From the human T2T-CHM13v2.0 reference genome, Homo sapiens, in assembly GCF_009914755.1 (NCBI RefSeq), contig NC_060928.1: DNA of 64,000 nt; one strand, 5' to 3'. The notes below the pieces were generated by a model. The model searched no databases. It worked only from the letters and a program-made list of their open reading frames with translations, and was not told the origin of the DNA. Position numbers and translations under genes: made by a program. Each line of letters opens with the position of its first letter. Position 1 is the first letter of the stretch. This document shows, in pieces, positions 1 to 14,792 of the stretch.

Positions 1-721
1 TTAAATCAAATATAATTGAATTGAATAGCATTCCACCAAATAAATTATTGTTGGAGGAGGTGTTTTTTCCCTCTTCAGTGATTTATTATTTCTGATTTTG
101 AAAATTAGCAGATTCTGACAAATAGTCCTAACATTTGCTATCCACATTTAAATAATTTGAAGATTTCCCTTCTTTCCATGGTGAGATATCTCAATAACTT
201 ACAGCTTTTGGACATCAGGAGAATCTAATTCTCAAATCTAAAGGAATCATCTGTTGAACTTCAAAGAGAATTAAATTAAAAATGTGCTATGTACTATACA
301 ACAAATCCAGAAATACCTAAAGCAAAAATGAAAAGTCTATTTTGCTATCAAGTAAATAAACTAATCCATTCAGCAAATAATGGTTGAATGTATATTATGT
401 TTACTTCTGGGCTAGACATTGCAGATAACAAGGACATATAAGAAATGATCATTTTCTATATTTAATAGGTAACAGTGCTTTAAGTGAAATAAAGCATGAA
501 TATAACAGAAAGAAGTTGTTTATTTTTATGTTAGAAGTGGAACAACGTACTTTATGAGTTATAAAGACAAGTGCAAAGTATATTTCTAGCTGAAAAATAA
601 GAAAAGACTGAAAACAAAGGGATATCTGAGCTAAGTAACAGAGGAGGTATAAATGTATTGATGTTGAGATGGAGACGCAAGTACACTTGAACTCTACAGA
701 TTGAAGACTGTCTCAACAAGA

Positions 722-1178
722 TGTATTATGTCCCAAAAATGATATGTGCAAGTCTTAAGCCCTGGTACCTGTGAATGTGACCTTATTTGGAAAAAAGGAG
801 TTTTGCAAATGTAACCAAGTTAAGATGAAGTTATACCAGATTAACATGAGCTCTAAATCAAATGACTGGTGTGCTAATAAGGAGACAGAGATTCGGAGAT
901 ACACAGACACACATACAGAGAAGAAGGCCAGGTTACAACAGAAGTGGAGATTGGAGTAATGCAGCCACAAGCTAACAAACACCAAGGATTGATGGCAACC
1001 ACCAAAAGCAAAGAAGAGGCAAGGAAAGATTCTTTCCTGGAGCCTTCAGAGGGAGCATGGCCCTGCTGACACTTTGATTTTGGACTTTTAGCCTTCAGAA
1101 TTATGAGACAAGCAATTTCTGTTGTTTTAAGCCACCACATTTGTGGCAATTTTTTATGTCAGCCCGAAGAAACTAATA
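722..1178 (+). mobile_element. MaLR solo LTR, MLT1B/MLT1C-like
   Basis: Hallmark segments GTACCTGTGAATGTGACCTTATTTGGAAA, GAGCCTTCAGAGGGAGCATGGCCCTGCTGACAC and 3' end GAAACTAATA; boundaries approximate. Confidence 0.85.
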
Positions 1179-2109
1179 TATTGATCACAAAAGATGTTTT
1201 GCACAAGCTTCTTTCTTCTGTTGAAATGGGCTTTAGTAAAAACCACCTGAGCTTTGGTGTCTTAAGTCCTGACTGCCTTTTTTTACTAGTTGTGTAGCTT
1301 CGGTTAAATTAACTTCTAGCTCAACTTAACTATAAAAAGGATATGCTGATATCTACATGTTTTTATTTTTTTATAAATCAATAGAAATAAAACATACATG
1401 TTATCTGATACACAGCAGACGTTTTATCAGCATTAACAGTGATAACGCTATTAGTGATTACTTTTACACAGGGTCCTATTGCTGATTGCAATTTCCAAGA
1501 ACTCTGATGGTGACATAATTAATAAAATAGATAACCCCAGACTTTAAATTATGTCTTCTTAGATTTATTATACTTCAGATTTGGAAGATCTAAGACATAC
1601 CTGTGATTTTTAAGAATATTAATACACCAAGATTATGTTTGAAAATAAACGAGTTACCAGATATCCCCTTTTTTGCATAATTGCAAGTGATACGTCTGCC
1701 TCTGAGCATCATGTTTGATTGATATTGGTAGTCTGATGATACAATTAAATTAAAAATGTTATTTTATAAGAGTGGATTGGTGATATCTTGGCATTATATT
1801 CAATAGTATTAGATATCAACAGGTTTCTTGGTTCTTTGTACAGGTGCACTAATTAAGAAGTCACATAGTCTCTGATTTTTTCATTTTTGAGGAATATAAA
1901 ACAAAAAAATACCATGATGCTTGTTCCATGCTTCTTAAAATGTGATTTAGACCTATCTAGATGTGTATAGTAGTGTGCTGGGAATACCAGTGAACTGCAC
2001 TAGATAAACAGTGCATATATTCCTATAGGCTCCACTTTAGGAAGACTTTTAACAGGGAATTCAATGTATAATATCAAAACAAGCATAATAATGAACAAAT
2101 AGCTAACAA

Positions 2110-2315
2110 TACAGTATCTAAAGCCAGAGAGCCTCAGTTCTTATGCTTATCTTAGCCAATCATTAACTTCATGAACTTGGGCAAGTTTTTTAACATCTGT
2201 TTGCCTCAATTTTCTTCATCTATAAAGTGGGGATATTCAATAGTATAATAGTATAGCATTTAATATGGTTACTAATTGAGTTAATACAAGTAAACCACTT
2301 AGAAGAGCACTGCCT
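2110..2315 (+). mobile_element. MIR SINE fragment, interrupted by the L1 that follows
   Basis: MIR core TTGGGCAAGTTTTTTAACATCTGTTTGCCTCAATTTTCTTCATCTATAAAGTGGGGATA. Confidence 0.75.
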
Positions 2316-3976
2316 CTGCTGAAAGTCATCACAGATATTACAAACAAATGGAAAATATCCTATGCTCATGGATTGTAAGAATTAATATCATTAAAATGGC
2401 CACATTTCCCTAAGTAATAAACAGATTCAATACTATTTTGATCAAACTACAAATGTCATTTCTCATAGAATTAGAAAAAAATATTCTAAATTACATGTGG
2501 AACCAAAAAGAGCCCCAATAACCAAAGCAATCCTAAGCAAAAAGGACAAAGCCGGAGGCATCTCATTATCCAATTTCAAACAATACTATAAGGCTGCAAT
2601 AACCAAAGCAGCATGGTACTGGTATATAACAGACACATAGACCAATGGAACAGAATAGAGAACCCAGAAATAGAGCTGCACACCTACAGTCGTTTGATCT
2701 TTGACAAAGTCAACAAAAATAAGCAATGGGGGAAATAATTCCCTGTTTCATTAATGGTGCTGGGACAGTTGGCTAGCCATATGCAGAAGAATAAAACTGT
2801 ACTTCTACCTTTCACCATATACAAAAACTAACTCAAGATGGACTGAAGACTTCAATGTAAAACCTAAAACTATAAAAATCCTAGAAGAAAACCTAGGAAA
2901 CATCATTCTGGACATTGGCCTTGGGAAATAATTTATGACTAAGTCCTCAAAAGCAATTGCAACAAAGACAAAAATTCACAAGCCAGACCTAGTTAAACTA
3001 AAGAACTTCTGCACAGCAAAATAAACTATCAATGGAGTAAACAGAAAACCCACAGAATGGAAGGAAATATTCACAAATTATGCATCTGACAAAGGCCTAA
3101 TAGACACAATCTGTAGGTAATTTAAACAATTCAACAAGCAAAAAACATAACCTCATTGAAAAGTGGGCAATAAACATGAAAAGACATTTGTAAAAAGAAG
3201 ACATACAAGTGGCCAATAAACATATGAAAAATGCTCAACACCGTTAATCATGAGAGAAATGCAAATCAAAACCACAATAAGATATCATCTCACGCCAGTC
3301 AGAATGGCTATTATTTAAAAAAATCAAAAAACAGTAGATGGTAGCGAGGCTGCAGAGAAAACGTAATACTTTATACATTGCTGGTGTTCGTGTAAATTAG
3401 TTGAGCCATTCTGGAAAGCAGTTTGGGAGCTTTCTTAAATAACTTAGAACTATCATTTGACTCAGCTATCCCATTACTGGATATATACCAAAAGTAATAT
3501 AGATTGCTCTACCAAAAAGATGCATGCGCTTTTATGTTTATCTCAGCATTACTCACAATAACAAAGACATGGATTCAACCTAGGTGCCTGTCAATGGTGG
3601 ACTGCATCAAGAGAATGTGGTCCATATACCCCACGGAATACTACACAGCCATAAAAAGAGCAAAACCACGTCCTTTGCAGCAACATGGATGCAGCTGGAG
3701 TACATGATCTTAAGAGAATTAACACGGGAACAGAAACCAAATACCACATGTTCTCATTTATAAGTGGGAACTACATATTGGGTACTTGTGGATACAAAGA
3801 TGGCAACAATAAGCACTGGAGACTACTAGATGAGGAAGGGAAGGAGGGCAGCTCACTACCTGGATGATGTGATCAATCAAGTCCCAAACTTCAACATCAC
3901 CCAATATACCCATGTAACAAACCTGCACATGTACTCCCGAATCTAAAATAAAAGTTGAAAAAAAAAAAAAAAAAAA
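2316..3976 (+). mobile_element. 5'-truncated L1 (L1PB-like): ORF2 C-terminal part, 3'UTR and poly(A)
   Basis: Decayed ORF2 C-terminus in ORF 3504-3707 (MFISALLTITKTWIQPRC...EYYTAIKR); 3' end CCTGCACATGTACTCCCGAATCTAAAATAAAAGTTG plus A-run; diverged TSD AGAAGAGCAC (2301-2310) / AGAATAGCAC (3976-3985). Confidence 0.92.
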
Positions 3977-4876
3977 GAATAGCACCTGAAACTAAAGCTG
4001 AATTTAACCATGAATCTATAAACCTTGGCATTAGGAAAGTTCTCTTGTGTAGCTCATTCCAAGCCTTGGAACGTGCCCTTGCAATCTTTGCACAAGCTCT
4101 TTTCTTTTTGTAAATATACAAAAATAAGACATTTATCCATAGTCATTTAAGGCAGAGACTCGTTTCCATTCTTATTCCCTTTTCATCAGGTTTCTTTCAT
4201 GTCAGATGGATTGGAATGGGACAAGGCACTTTTCAGATTCAGCTATGGGTAAGTTGAGTTGGAGAGATGCTTTGGTTTTAGCTGAATAATTTGCATATAT
4301 AGTTAAGATATTACCATTTTGATGAAGAAATGTATTCCAGGGTTACAACTCCTGTGCTGATTTTCCCAGGGTCATGACAGGAAGGTGAAAGACAAGAGCT
4401 TGTATCACAAGATACATTAACTTGTCCTGTAGCACCTGTCACTAAGTATGTGGGTAATAGAGGTTTGAAATGTATACAGCCAGAGGCTGGACTCTAGGAA
4501 ATTCTTCCAAATCTTGTAGCTTATACATGAAATAAAGTTGACAGAGCTTTTCCCCATTTTAAAATATATCAAAAATTTACACAGCATTATAAATAATGAG
4601 TCGTGATGCAGAAGTAAAGTTTTTCTAATATTAATAATAGCAAAAAAATCACTTATGATAGGAAGGCTAAATTATTTTTTATAAAAAATGATATTGTATA
4701 ATTCATGTTATTTGAAGTGACAATGAAAAGGTCTGAAGACAAAAGACAGTAGTATAGCAGTGTGTTATGCATTTAATTTATAGTTTTTTAGATTTTGTGA
4801 TGCTTGTGGTATTGTGATTCCTTTTCTCTTTCTAAATAAACGTTTACTTATATACTTACTTTTATATACAGTCTTT

Positions 4877-5176
<300 letters not shown>

Positions 5177-7198
5177 TATATACAGTTTTATATTCATTTT
5201 CTTAATGAGCGAACAATAATTTTATAAGCTTTAGTATTTACAAAATCTAGGATTGCCTCTGCCCCTTCATATTAACTGATAAAATCACAAAACTACTAAA
5301 AATTACGTGTGAATACATATGAATATATATATACACATAAATGCATATTAATGTTAAAAAGGCCTAATTTTTAAATGTAACCTGAGATTCTAAAGAAATT
5401 TACAGCTTCTAGAGATAGAGGTCAGACTCTCTATCTCTGCCATGTATAATTTTGAGATTCACTGTTTTATTGAAACCATTCCATAGACATTTATTGAGTT
5501 CCCACTAAGTCTTGACTGGAATACAAATTGAACACCTCACTGTCTCCATTTTCAAGTAGCAGAATATCTGTAGAAACAGAGGGTTGCTGTCAGATAAATG
5601 AATGATAATGATAAGAAGAAAAAAAAATACAGGAAGAGTGGCAACATTTCAATTTTATTATGTTTATTTGAGACCTTTGATTTTTTTTACAACACCTCTT
5701 TTATTTTCTGAGAGTTACTCATTGTCACGTCTTCCATAAGAGAAATTAATTAGTAATAATAACTGAGAAATGTTATATAGGCCTAAGTAATTAGGCTGCA
5801 AATATTTTCAGATATTACTAAGTCAAAAGAGTGTTTTGGCATGCAAAAGAATGTCTCGGCAGAAAACAATGAAATGAGAAAAATGGGCACAGGTATTCTC
5901 TCTTTCATGTAACTGATGTTATCCTGGAAATTCCAAAATCCAATTTTTATAAAAATTACTAGTGAAGCAATTCCTCAGCATAATATAGAAAAAGATCCCT
6001 TTTTAAAATAAAGATTCATTTTAATTGCCTTTGTGTGTTTACAGATATTGATAATATAAAGTACCATATACCTATAGAAAAAAACATTATTCAGAGTAAA
6101 AGGCATAAGATATATTAAGAGAAACAAAGACTGTGCAAAAAAAAAAAAACCCTCACATTTATTAAAGTGGGTTAAGGACTGCAGTTTCTCACACTGGAAA
6201 GAGAAAATGAGCTAATAATATTATATAACTAACAATTTATGATGTCCTGTACCAAACAGGCACTCAGAAAATATATATGCTTGGTGATAATGAGTTATGT
6301 AGAACTAAAAAAAAGAAGAAGAAAGCTATGGAATAAACATGAGATTCACAAAAGATAAAGCAAATAATGAAAATTATAATATTTGAATTTTTAAAAAATT
6401 ATTTAGCACTTAATTACAGGTATTAAAGGGTGGCATTAGTGAATTATTATTGGCAGAATAGATGAAAATTGAATACTGAAAGACTTTGGCAGAACTGCAT
6501 TTTCTAAAGGGCCTTAGAGTTAAGAGAATAAAAGAAAAAATATATATAATAAAGTATGTTTGGAAATTAGGAGAACTATAGTATACTACTTTTGAAAATT
6601 TATTAAGTAAATTTTATTTTATATTTCACATCTTTATTTCCTATAATTCTAAAAAGCACATGTTCAATAAATATAAAACATATATATGCATATATATGTG
6701 TATATACTGTGCATATGTAGCTAGATAGATGATACAAAAATAGCTAAAAAGATAAAGAAGCTATGAAAATCATTAGCTGTATGGTCAATCCTGATGATCT
6801 TTCTTCCTTGGTTTATCAATTAATACTGGTACCTACAATGTGAAAGGTATTTTGTGTAATCTGCCTAGATTGTAAAATTCCACTTTTTACCAGAATAATT
6901 TTCTGTTCATTATGTTAACTCAATTATATCCTCAATTATTTCAGGGGAAACAAAAGACAGAAGACAAAAGTTCTCACTTCTCAAAGAGCTAAGTTTCTTT
7001 ATAATCTCTTTATGCTCCAAGATGTGTGTGTGTTGTGGGGTGGGAGGGGCGGTATTGTCTCTTTAATTAAATACTTTACCAGGTACTTTTTTCCAAGTAC
7101 TCACAGTTCTATCTTAATCAAGTATCCAAATCTCTTCTGAAAACTTCAAAAAAAAAAATTTTACCTTCCCCAAATCAGATTCTAAATATAGAAAAACA

Positions 7199-7555
<357 letters not shown>

Positions 7556-7989
7556 CTAGAAAATCACAACAATTTGTTCTTTTACCTTTTAAAAGGAGAT
7601 GACAGAAGTATCTAATTAGGTTTGTTTGATGAGTTGCATGATAAGAACTGTCAAATCAGAAGAGATACTTAGCATTCTTTAGGTTACATTACTATTTGTT
7701 AAATGTTATTAATGTAAGTATTTCAGAAACGATATGCTTTATGGGAAGTCTTTGGGTACTTTTTAAAACTCTTGCTTTCAATAATATGTATCAACCTCAG
7801 GAAAACACTGAAAAAACTCTTATGAAATAGTTTTTTTTTTTTGTTTTCCTATACTTGTCAGAGTTTAAGTAGTGCTTTATCTAATATTAGTTAACAAAAG
7901 TAAAATGTTATGAGTCATAGTTTCAGTTTACTTAAAGTGTTCTTAGGCCACAGCCTTAATTTTTTAAGTTGAATCTAGCATCTTCTAAG

Positions 7990-8120
7990 TCAGTGGTTCT
8001 CAAACAGTGATGAACATTAGACTTACCTATGGAGTTTATAAAAATACAAATGTGCAGATTCTATTCCAGACTTTACTTGTTATTCTTGGTATACTCTTGA
8101 TATGTATAGTTCAAGAATCA
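7990..8120. mobile_element. MER5-like hAT-Charlie MITE fragment
   Basis: Terminal CAGTGGTTCTCAAAC followed by ...AAAAATACAAATG...TATTCCAGAC. Confidence 0.5.
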
Positions 8121-10657
8121 TTATGTGTAATATTTCAAGATTTTTTTGTCCTATAAAAATCCATCCTTAAAAAAAATAGATACAGCATTCACTGTCTTTA
8201 AAACACACAGAAATGATCAGTCTCTTTCCGTAAAGGACAGTCTCCAAAACTTGTGGGTAAAACCTACAGCAGGTACTTCCAACTATTGATCCTTCAAAGA
8301 TTAGGATGTTGGGTATACACTTTGACCCGACATTGCTTAGACCACTGTTAGACTGTAGCAGTGGACTAAGTCAAGATTTCCCCAACTCTTTTTACTGAAG
8401 AAGTATATGTCTTCACGAAAATACTAACCCAAGATCCAACAGAATAAGAATTAATTACAGAAGTCCAAATGAACTAATGAGGGAACATCTAAACTATTTA
8501 AAACCCAGAACAAATGAGTTAATTCTGCTTTTGTAATTGAAATGAAATATTTAAAAGATCCCTGATTCTTACTGATCACCTAGTTCAGAAACTCTATGCT
8601 GCTTCTGGCTTTTTATGGCAATATAGTTATCTGCATAGGCTCAATAAGAATGCTCTCCTTTTTACCAGGATATAATAGAATAAAATAATTGTACAATTAT
8701 TGTACAATTGTACAATTGACTGTCATATTTGAGAACAATGATCACTTAATCAGATATAACAAGCTGCTTTTGAGAAACAAAGGTTGATTTTCTTATGGAG
8801 CTAATTAATACTAGACTCTCCCAGGAAGACTGCCTAATATGTGGTTTGCAGCGTCCCAGCCTTATAGCTGTTAAGGAATGTCACTTCCTGATAGGTAAAG
8901 AACTTAAAAAAATTCGCAGCACTTTAAGAAGAAAACAAAAATCTCCCAAATTTAGAGCTATGGTGGAAAGAGTATCTTGGGCTTACTTTTCTAGCCTTGG
9001 CATAGTAAATAATAAACATTTTATATTCAAATATGAAACTACTTATGAATATTTCCATACAGAAGTTAATCATGTGGTGTTTTTAATTGTCCAATTAAAT
9101 CAAAAGCCATATTGATTTACAATGATTTGCCTTTCTTGATTTGTAAAAAACTGAAAAAGGCCTGTATGCAAAATTAATATTCTTACCACTTACATATCAG
9201 GCCAAACCTAGTAAAGCTAGCCTTATCTTGTATTCAAGAGCATTTTTCTTTAAATTATTATGATTACAAGATAGACAGACACCTTCAGGAAAAATTATGA
9301 GGACTTTGAAATACATCAAAATACCAGGTATTTTCAATAGAAAACTGCATTGTCTAAAGCACACTTTTCTGGGTTATCTGACTCTATGGGATTTACCCTT
9401 TTCATTGTATTTGACTATTTTATAACTCTGTAAAATGCATAGAAAACCAATAATAATGTGAATGATTCTGTGTCATACAAGGCAAATTTATTGTGTTCAA
9501 TGGAATGAAATTGATTATAGCTCTGGGGATATTGACCCATTTTGCCAGTGTTCACATGAGCCTATATAGGGGCCTGTTCTTTGGATTCTCCTAAAAACCG
9601 ATTGTAACATCTTACTGGTTTCCTCATTATTTAATGAACTTAATGAGTTTCTGCCATATGTTCTTTTAAAAAATAAGAAGCAGGTTATGGTAAGTAGAAA
9701 TTACAGTTGAATAAGTAAGAGAAAGGTAAATGTACCTCCACAGGTTTAACATAAAGTATCTTAAATAAATTTAAAGCATATAATTAAAACCTCATTTTGA
9801 TACAACAAAATCTATGAAATGAGTTAGAGAAGCTATTAAAGAAAAAGCTTATGGGTTACAGTTTTATGTTGGCACCTTTTTATGTATCTTTATTTCTCAT
9901 AACATTGGTTGGTATATCTCTAAGACACTATTTTTACAAGCACTGTTCAGTCGAGAGTTTTATTAATTTAAGTTGGTTAAAAGACACAAGAGTTGCATTT
10001 CTAAAGCAGTGCAAAAGTTCTGTCACCTAAAAGAAATAATATCTCTGAAATGAGAAATACCAAACCTTATACATTGACTAGTGTGCTCTTGAAGATAGAC
10101 TTAAAAAATCTGACAGGTTTTATCAGCCCATAAAATTTCATATCCTCACTCTTGCTTATCACTGTCATGACAATAAGGCATTCAATGATAGTGAGGATCA
10201 TATTTATAAGGTAACTTATGCTAACACACCATTTTGCAAAGGAATATAAGGAAAACTAGTTTTTAAAAAAATGTCAATAAATATTTCATGTGGAAATGAT
10301 TCAGTGGTTAATTAAAATTGAGAAAGAAGAGTCACAATGAAAATTAGCATATTTGAAGTTCTGACGATTTCTACCATTAAACATCATAACTGTGAAATGA
10401 ATTTAAAAAAACATTTTTGAAATCGCTGTGAACATTTCCCCCTACATATACCTACTAATAGCCCATGGAATGATATCCTTCAGAACAATAGCTGCTGAAG
10501 GGGGTTGCTATACTATGTCATGAATCATGTTTTAGATCTTCAGTTAACTCTCAATAAATCCTCTAAAAGGAAGGTATTTTTAATCACAGCAATTAGAAAT
10601 GTTTATAATAGGAAGAAATAGAAATACAGACAAGGACTAGCAGAAATATAACTCACA

Positions 10658-11023
10658 TGTTGCTGCATATAGTATTTGTGTCCCTGCAAAATATGCTAAA
10701 ATCCTAACTCTCAAGTTAAGAACAGTATTAGGAGATCAGACTTTTGGGAGGTGATTAAGTTATGAGGGCAAAGCCCTTATGAATGGGATTGGTGCCCTTA
10801 TAAAAGAGGTCTGGGAAAGGTACCTCGCCCCTTTCTTTATGGAAGGTTATAGGGAATAGACAGTCTTCTATGAACCAGGAAGCAGGCCATCCTCACCAGA
10901 TACTGAATCTGCCTGTAACCTACCTTGGACTTCTCAGCCTCCAGAATGATGAAAAATGAAATTTTATAGTTTATTAGCCACCCAGTAGATGGTACTTTTT
11001 TATAGCAGTCCAAAACTAAGACA
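10658..11023 (+). mobile_element. MaLR solo LTR, MLT1A-like
   Basis: TTTGGGAGGTGATTAAGTTATGAGGG...CCCTTATGAATGGGATT...CTTATAAAAGAGG; ends TATAGCAGTCCAAAACTAAGACA. Confidence 0.85.
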
Positions 11024-11298
11024 TATGTAATCCCATTGTGTCATTTTTCTATGTACGTAATAAGTGCTTTCATTTTCAAAAAAATAAATGGAATTATACA
11101 ACAAGTTTATTTCTATAACCTCCATTTTCATTATATATATGACAAACATATTTCAAGCTATTTAATTTCCTTATGAAACATAATTTCTAATGGCTGCATG
11201 ATATTCTAATTACAGATGAACCATAATTTACTTACCAAATCTTATCAATAGGCATTTAAGTTGTTTCCAGTTTTTTACTATTGTAAATTCTATCATGG

Positions 11299-11979
11299 TG
11301 TCATCCAAAAGACCACCAGGATGGCTAATAGTAGAGAGGAGAGTTTTAGTGGCGATATCAGTTTGCAAACTGGGAAGAGACAGTCTCCAGCTTGTACCAG
11401 AGGTGCTCTCTCCTCAAAGAGGAAAAGAGAAGAGTTGGGTTTTATGCCTCACAGGGCCTGTATTAGATAATAGATTTATGCATATTCAGCAAGTTTGGGG
11501 GAAAGGCTATACATATTTATGAGGTGTGTTGAATGCATGCATAATAGGCAAACATATGTAATATGCATCCCATATTTACTTCGGGGTGGGGTTTTGGCAT
11601 TAAAATTATGGAATTTGGCTGTTTACATCAATAAGTGAACCATAGGACACAGTTTGTGTGCAGTCTCTATAAGCTGGTTGAAATATGCTTAAGGTCTGCA
11701 GTTGCTTATCAGGAAAGGATGTAAGACCAGTCCTCTGTCCAATCAGAGTTGTAATGGTCTGTGTTGTAAAATAAAATTAGGAAGAATCTGATAATTTGCC
11801 TTATAGCTCCTATTGTTAGGGTGTCAGCAAGTGTGGTTTTTGTTGTAGACAGAGGTATTTAGGAACTTGCTATGCCAGCCAATCACTGAATCCTTTACCT
11901 GTAAGTAACTTTTGTTTCCTTAACCTTAGGATCCATCTTAGTCTACAGAGGGGCATTTACTTTGCTCTGTCTGATCACA
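11299..11979 (-). mobile_element. ERV1-class solo LTR (MER4-group-like) inserted into an old antisense L1ME fragment
   Basis: TG...CA termini (minus strand TGTGATCAGA...GGATGACA); 4-bp TSD ATGG/GTGG; removing it rejoins L1ME-like TTGTTTCCAGTTTTTTACTATTG...ATGGACATCC. Confidence 0.75.
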
Positions 11980-12229
11980 GTGGACATCCTTATGGCTCTA
12001 TCTTGGATATATTCATGATTATTTCTTTACAATAAATTTCTAATCCAAACACAGTAGATCAAAGACTATGAAATATTATAGTGCTTTTAATCTGTAAAGT
12101 GTTGTGGCTTCCAACCTGAGTGGGGTTCTCCAAGCTACAGAGCTGCATTGTGTTTGCATTTTACTATCAGCTCTCTTTCCAGTTTTTGAAGATGCTTAAA
12201 ATCATAACCACTCCTTTCAAATCCTTAAC

Positions 12230-12950
12230 TGTTTTTAATCTCAGCCACTAACTCTACATCCTTCTTGAAAAAGAAAATAGAACATACCAGAGAATTGTGT
12301 TGCCTTCTTTACCTAAAATTATTCTGCATAATTACTTTCATCACCACCTATTCGTTTGATTTTTCCCTCAGGTTGAAATGTAAATCCTCCTCCTGCAAAT
12401 TAGATTGCATCCTTCTAGATTTCTCAGAAGACCAATGTGTTTTCTCATATATCTATTCTCTATTCTGCCTTACCTACCTTTCCTTTTCTACTTATTCCTT
12501 CACAACCTGTTATCCAAACAGAAAAATTCAGTCCCACAGTCCACTCCAGCTACCACCTTATTTTTCTTCTCTCTCCACAGCCAAACTTATTTAAAATGAT
12601 ATCTCTACTCACTGTCTTCATTTCCTCATTTCCATTCATTGCACTGCAAATCTGACTCACCTCCATCTCTGACATGGCTCTTGTCAAGGTCACATTTTTA
12701 CTCATAATTCTAATGGAAACATGTCCTTTGGTCCTTATTTTATTTGTTCTCTCTGCAACACTTAATACTATTGCTTTCTCTTTGAAACATTTACTTTCCC
12801 TAGTTTGGCAAAAACATATTGTGTTGTCATTCCTCCTACCTTTCTAACTCTTTGATCACTCTCATTTGACAGTTTCTCTTACCCAAGCTTTAAAGTCAGC
12901 TATTTCTAAATTTCTGCAGTAGATTCTTTTCTCTTGTCTTCTATTTACTT
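12230..12950 (+). mobile_element. L2 LINE fragment
   Basis: Pyrimidine-rich L2 ORF2 remnant including GCTCTTGTCAAGGTCAC (~12677). Confidence 0.65.
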
Positions 12951-14110
12951 TTTTGTTTGTTTTCTCTTCTCATATAACATATTCTGTCTAGGATATATCA
13001 TCCATATTAATTAGTTGTTTATAGTTAATCTCATTTTTATCCCCTAGCTACAGTCTTAAGTTTCTAACAATTTCTATGTACCAGATATAACTTTAACCGA
13101 GTTACTGAAGCTTTATCATCCTGAGTTTTCTTATCTGTACAATTAAAATAATGACGGTATATTTGCTATAGATTACTGTAAATCATCAGTGAGATAATTT
13201 AAATGTTTTAGTACAGCAGCTAGCAGAAAGCAAGTGTTTGATGAAATACTAGTTATTTGTAATCTCTAGTGAATTTAAAATAATTTAGACAAAACCTCAC
13301 AAAATGAAGTAATTCATAGGAAGAAAGTTCTTCTTAAATACAAAAATTAATAACACCAAAACAACAGATTGCTTTGTACACAGAAGACTGAATTAGTTAA
13401 GGCAGCAATAGCTGTAATAACAGATGAACCTGAAATATTCAATGGCTTACTTAACCTATAAAAGTGTATTTCTCACTCACTTAAAATATAATAGGTAAGG
13501 CCCAGGCTTTGACCCATTCATTTATTTGGTATGCATAGAGTTAGTTTACCTTCCAGGATTTGCAGGTGGTATTTTGCCACAACATATTTGGAGTCTGAAT
13601 CTTTCCAATTTCTGAAACAAATGTTCTTGACACCCACTGACTTCCTATTCAGCCATGATATCTTTTAGATTTGTTGTTGTGGTTAGAGTTCCTACTTACT
13701 TCTAATAGCAACTTGTGTATTAGTTACAGTAACATAAGCTGCTTAAGAGATAAATGCCAAAATCTCAGCAGCTTAACATAGTGACATATACGATTAACCT
13801 CATTTGTATAATATTTTCCTCAATTTCTTAAAAACTCTAAGTCAGGAAACCTATATTTGTTCTAGTATTGTAAGTAGTTAGCAACCAGCTATATAACTTG
13901 GTCGAAGTCATTTCCCTTTTTCTCGTCTTAAATTTCATGTGGAATAAATGCTCTAGAAGATCCCTTCAACTCTATAATATGGTTAACTTAACATCATATC
14001 AGAATAGTCATAGCTATCACAGAAACCAACAGAATGAGAAAAATGTGTGTGTGTTTAGAAATATCAATGCCAAACATTTGTTTAAGTATTTATGAATGAA
14101 AGAAGGATGA

Positions 14111-14245
14111 TCAAGCTACAATGTGGCTTAACAAGCATCTTTCAGGACATCTTGGTCAAGCTACAATGTAGCTTAACAAGCATCTTTCAGGACATCTTGG
14201 TCAAGCTACAATGTAGCTTAACAAGCATCTTTCAGGACATCTTGG
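14111..14245. repeat. Tandem repeat, 3 x 45 bp, each unit with an internal palindrome
   Basis: Unit TCAAGCTACAATGT[G/A]GCTTAACAAGCATCTTTCAGGACATCTTGG at 14111, 14156 and 14201; one substitution among the three copies. Confidence 0.97.
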
Positions 14246-14792
14246 TAGTCAGACTTAACATGTCCCCACTGATACTGTGTCCTAGTACTCATGGCCTTTG
14301 TGTAATCCCCTCTTAGTGTGGGGCTAGGCATAGCGACTTTCTTCTAACAAACAGAATATTGCAAAAGTAATAAGCTATCATTTCCGAGATTAGATTACTT
14401 TAAAAGACTCTCTCTCTTTCTCTCTCTCCCCCCACACACACACATCCCTCCCCCACCCACCGGGAAAAGCAAGCTGCCCTGTTGTAAGCAACCTATGGAG
14501 AAGCGCAAATGGCTAGCAACTGATACTTTAGTCAACAATTAGTGAGGACCTGAGGCTTGCCAACAGCCACACGAGTGAGTCTGGAGGCAGATCCTTTTCC
14601 AGTCTAGGCTTGAGATGACCTTAGCCCTAACAAGTACCATTATCACACCCTTTTGAGATAGCTGGAGGCAGATAACCCTGGTAAACCGACCTCTGATTTC
14701 CAAGCCTTATAAATTATGAGATAATAAATATCTTTTGTCTTAAATCTCTCTGTTTGGGGGTAATTTGCTATGCAGAAGTAGATAAATAATAC
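14242..14792 (+). mobile_element. MaLR solo LTR, MLT1F-like
   Basis: CCTTTGTGTAATCCCCTC...GTGTGGGCT; TTCCGAGATTAG; GCCAACAGCCACACGAGTGAG; end TTTGGGGGTAATTTGCTATGCAG...ATAATAC. Confidence 0.8.

Noticed and set aside
14092-14316. 74-aa ORF with three repeats of KLQCSLTSIFQDILV; array superficially resembling CRISPR
   Set aside because: The peptide repeat only reflects the 45-bp unit being a multiple of 3. The units are head-to-tail with no spacers, there are no cas genes, and the DNA is mammalian.
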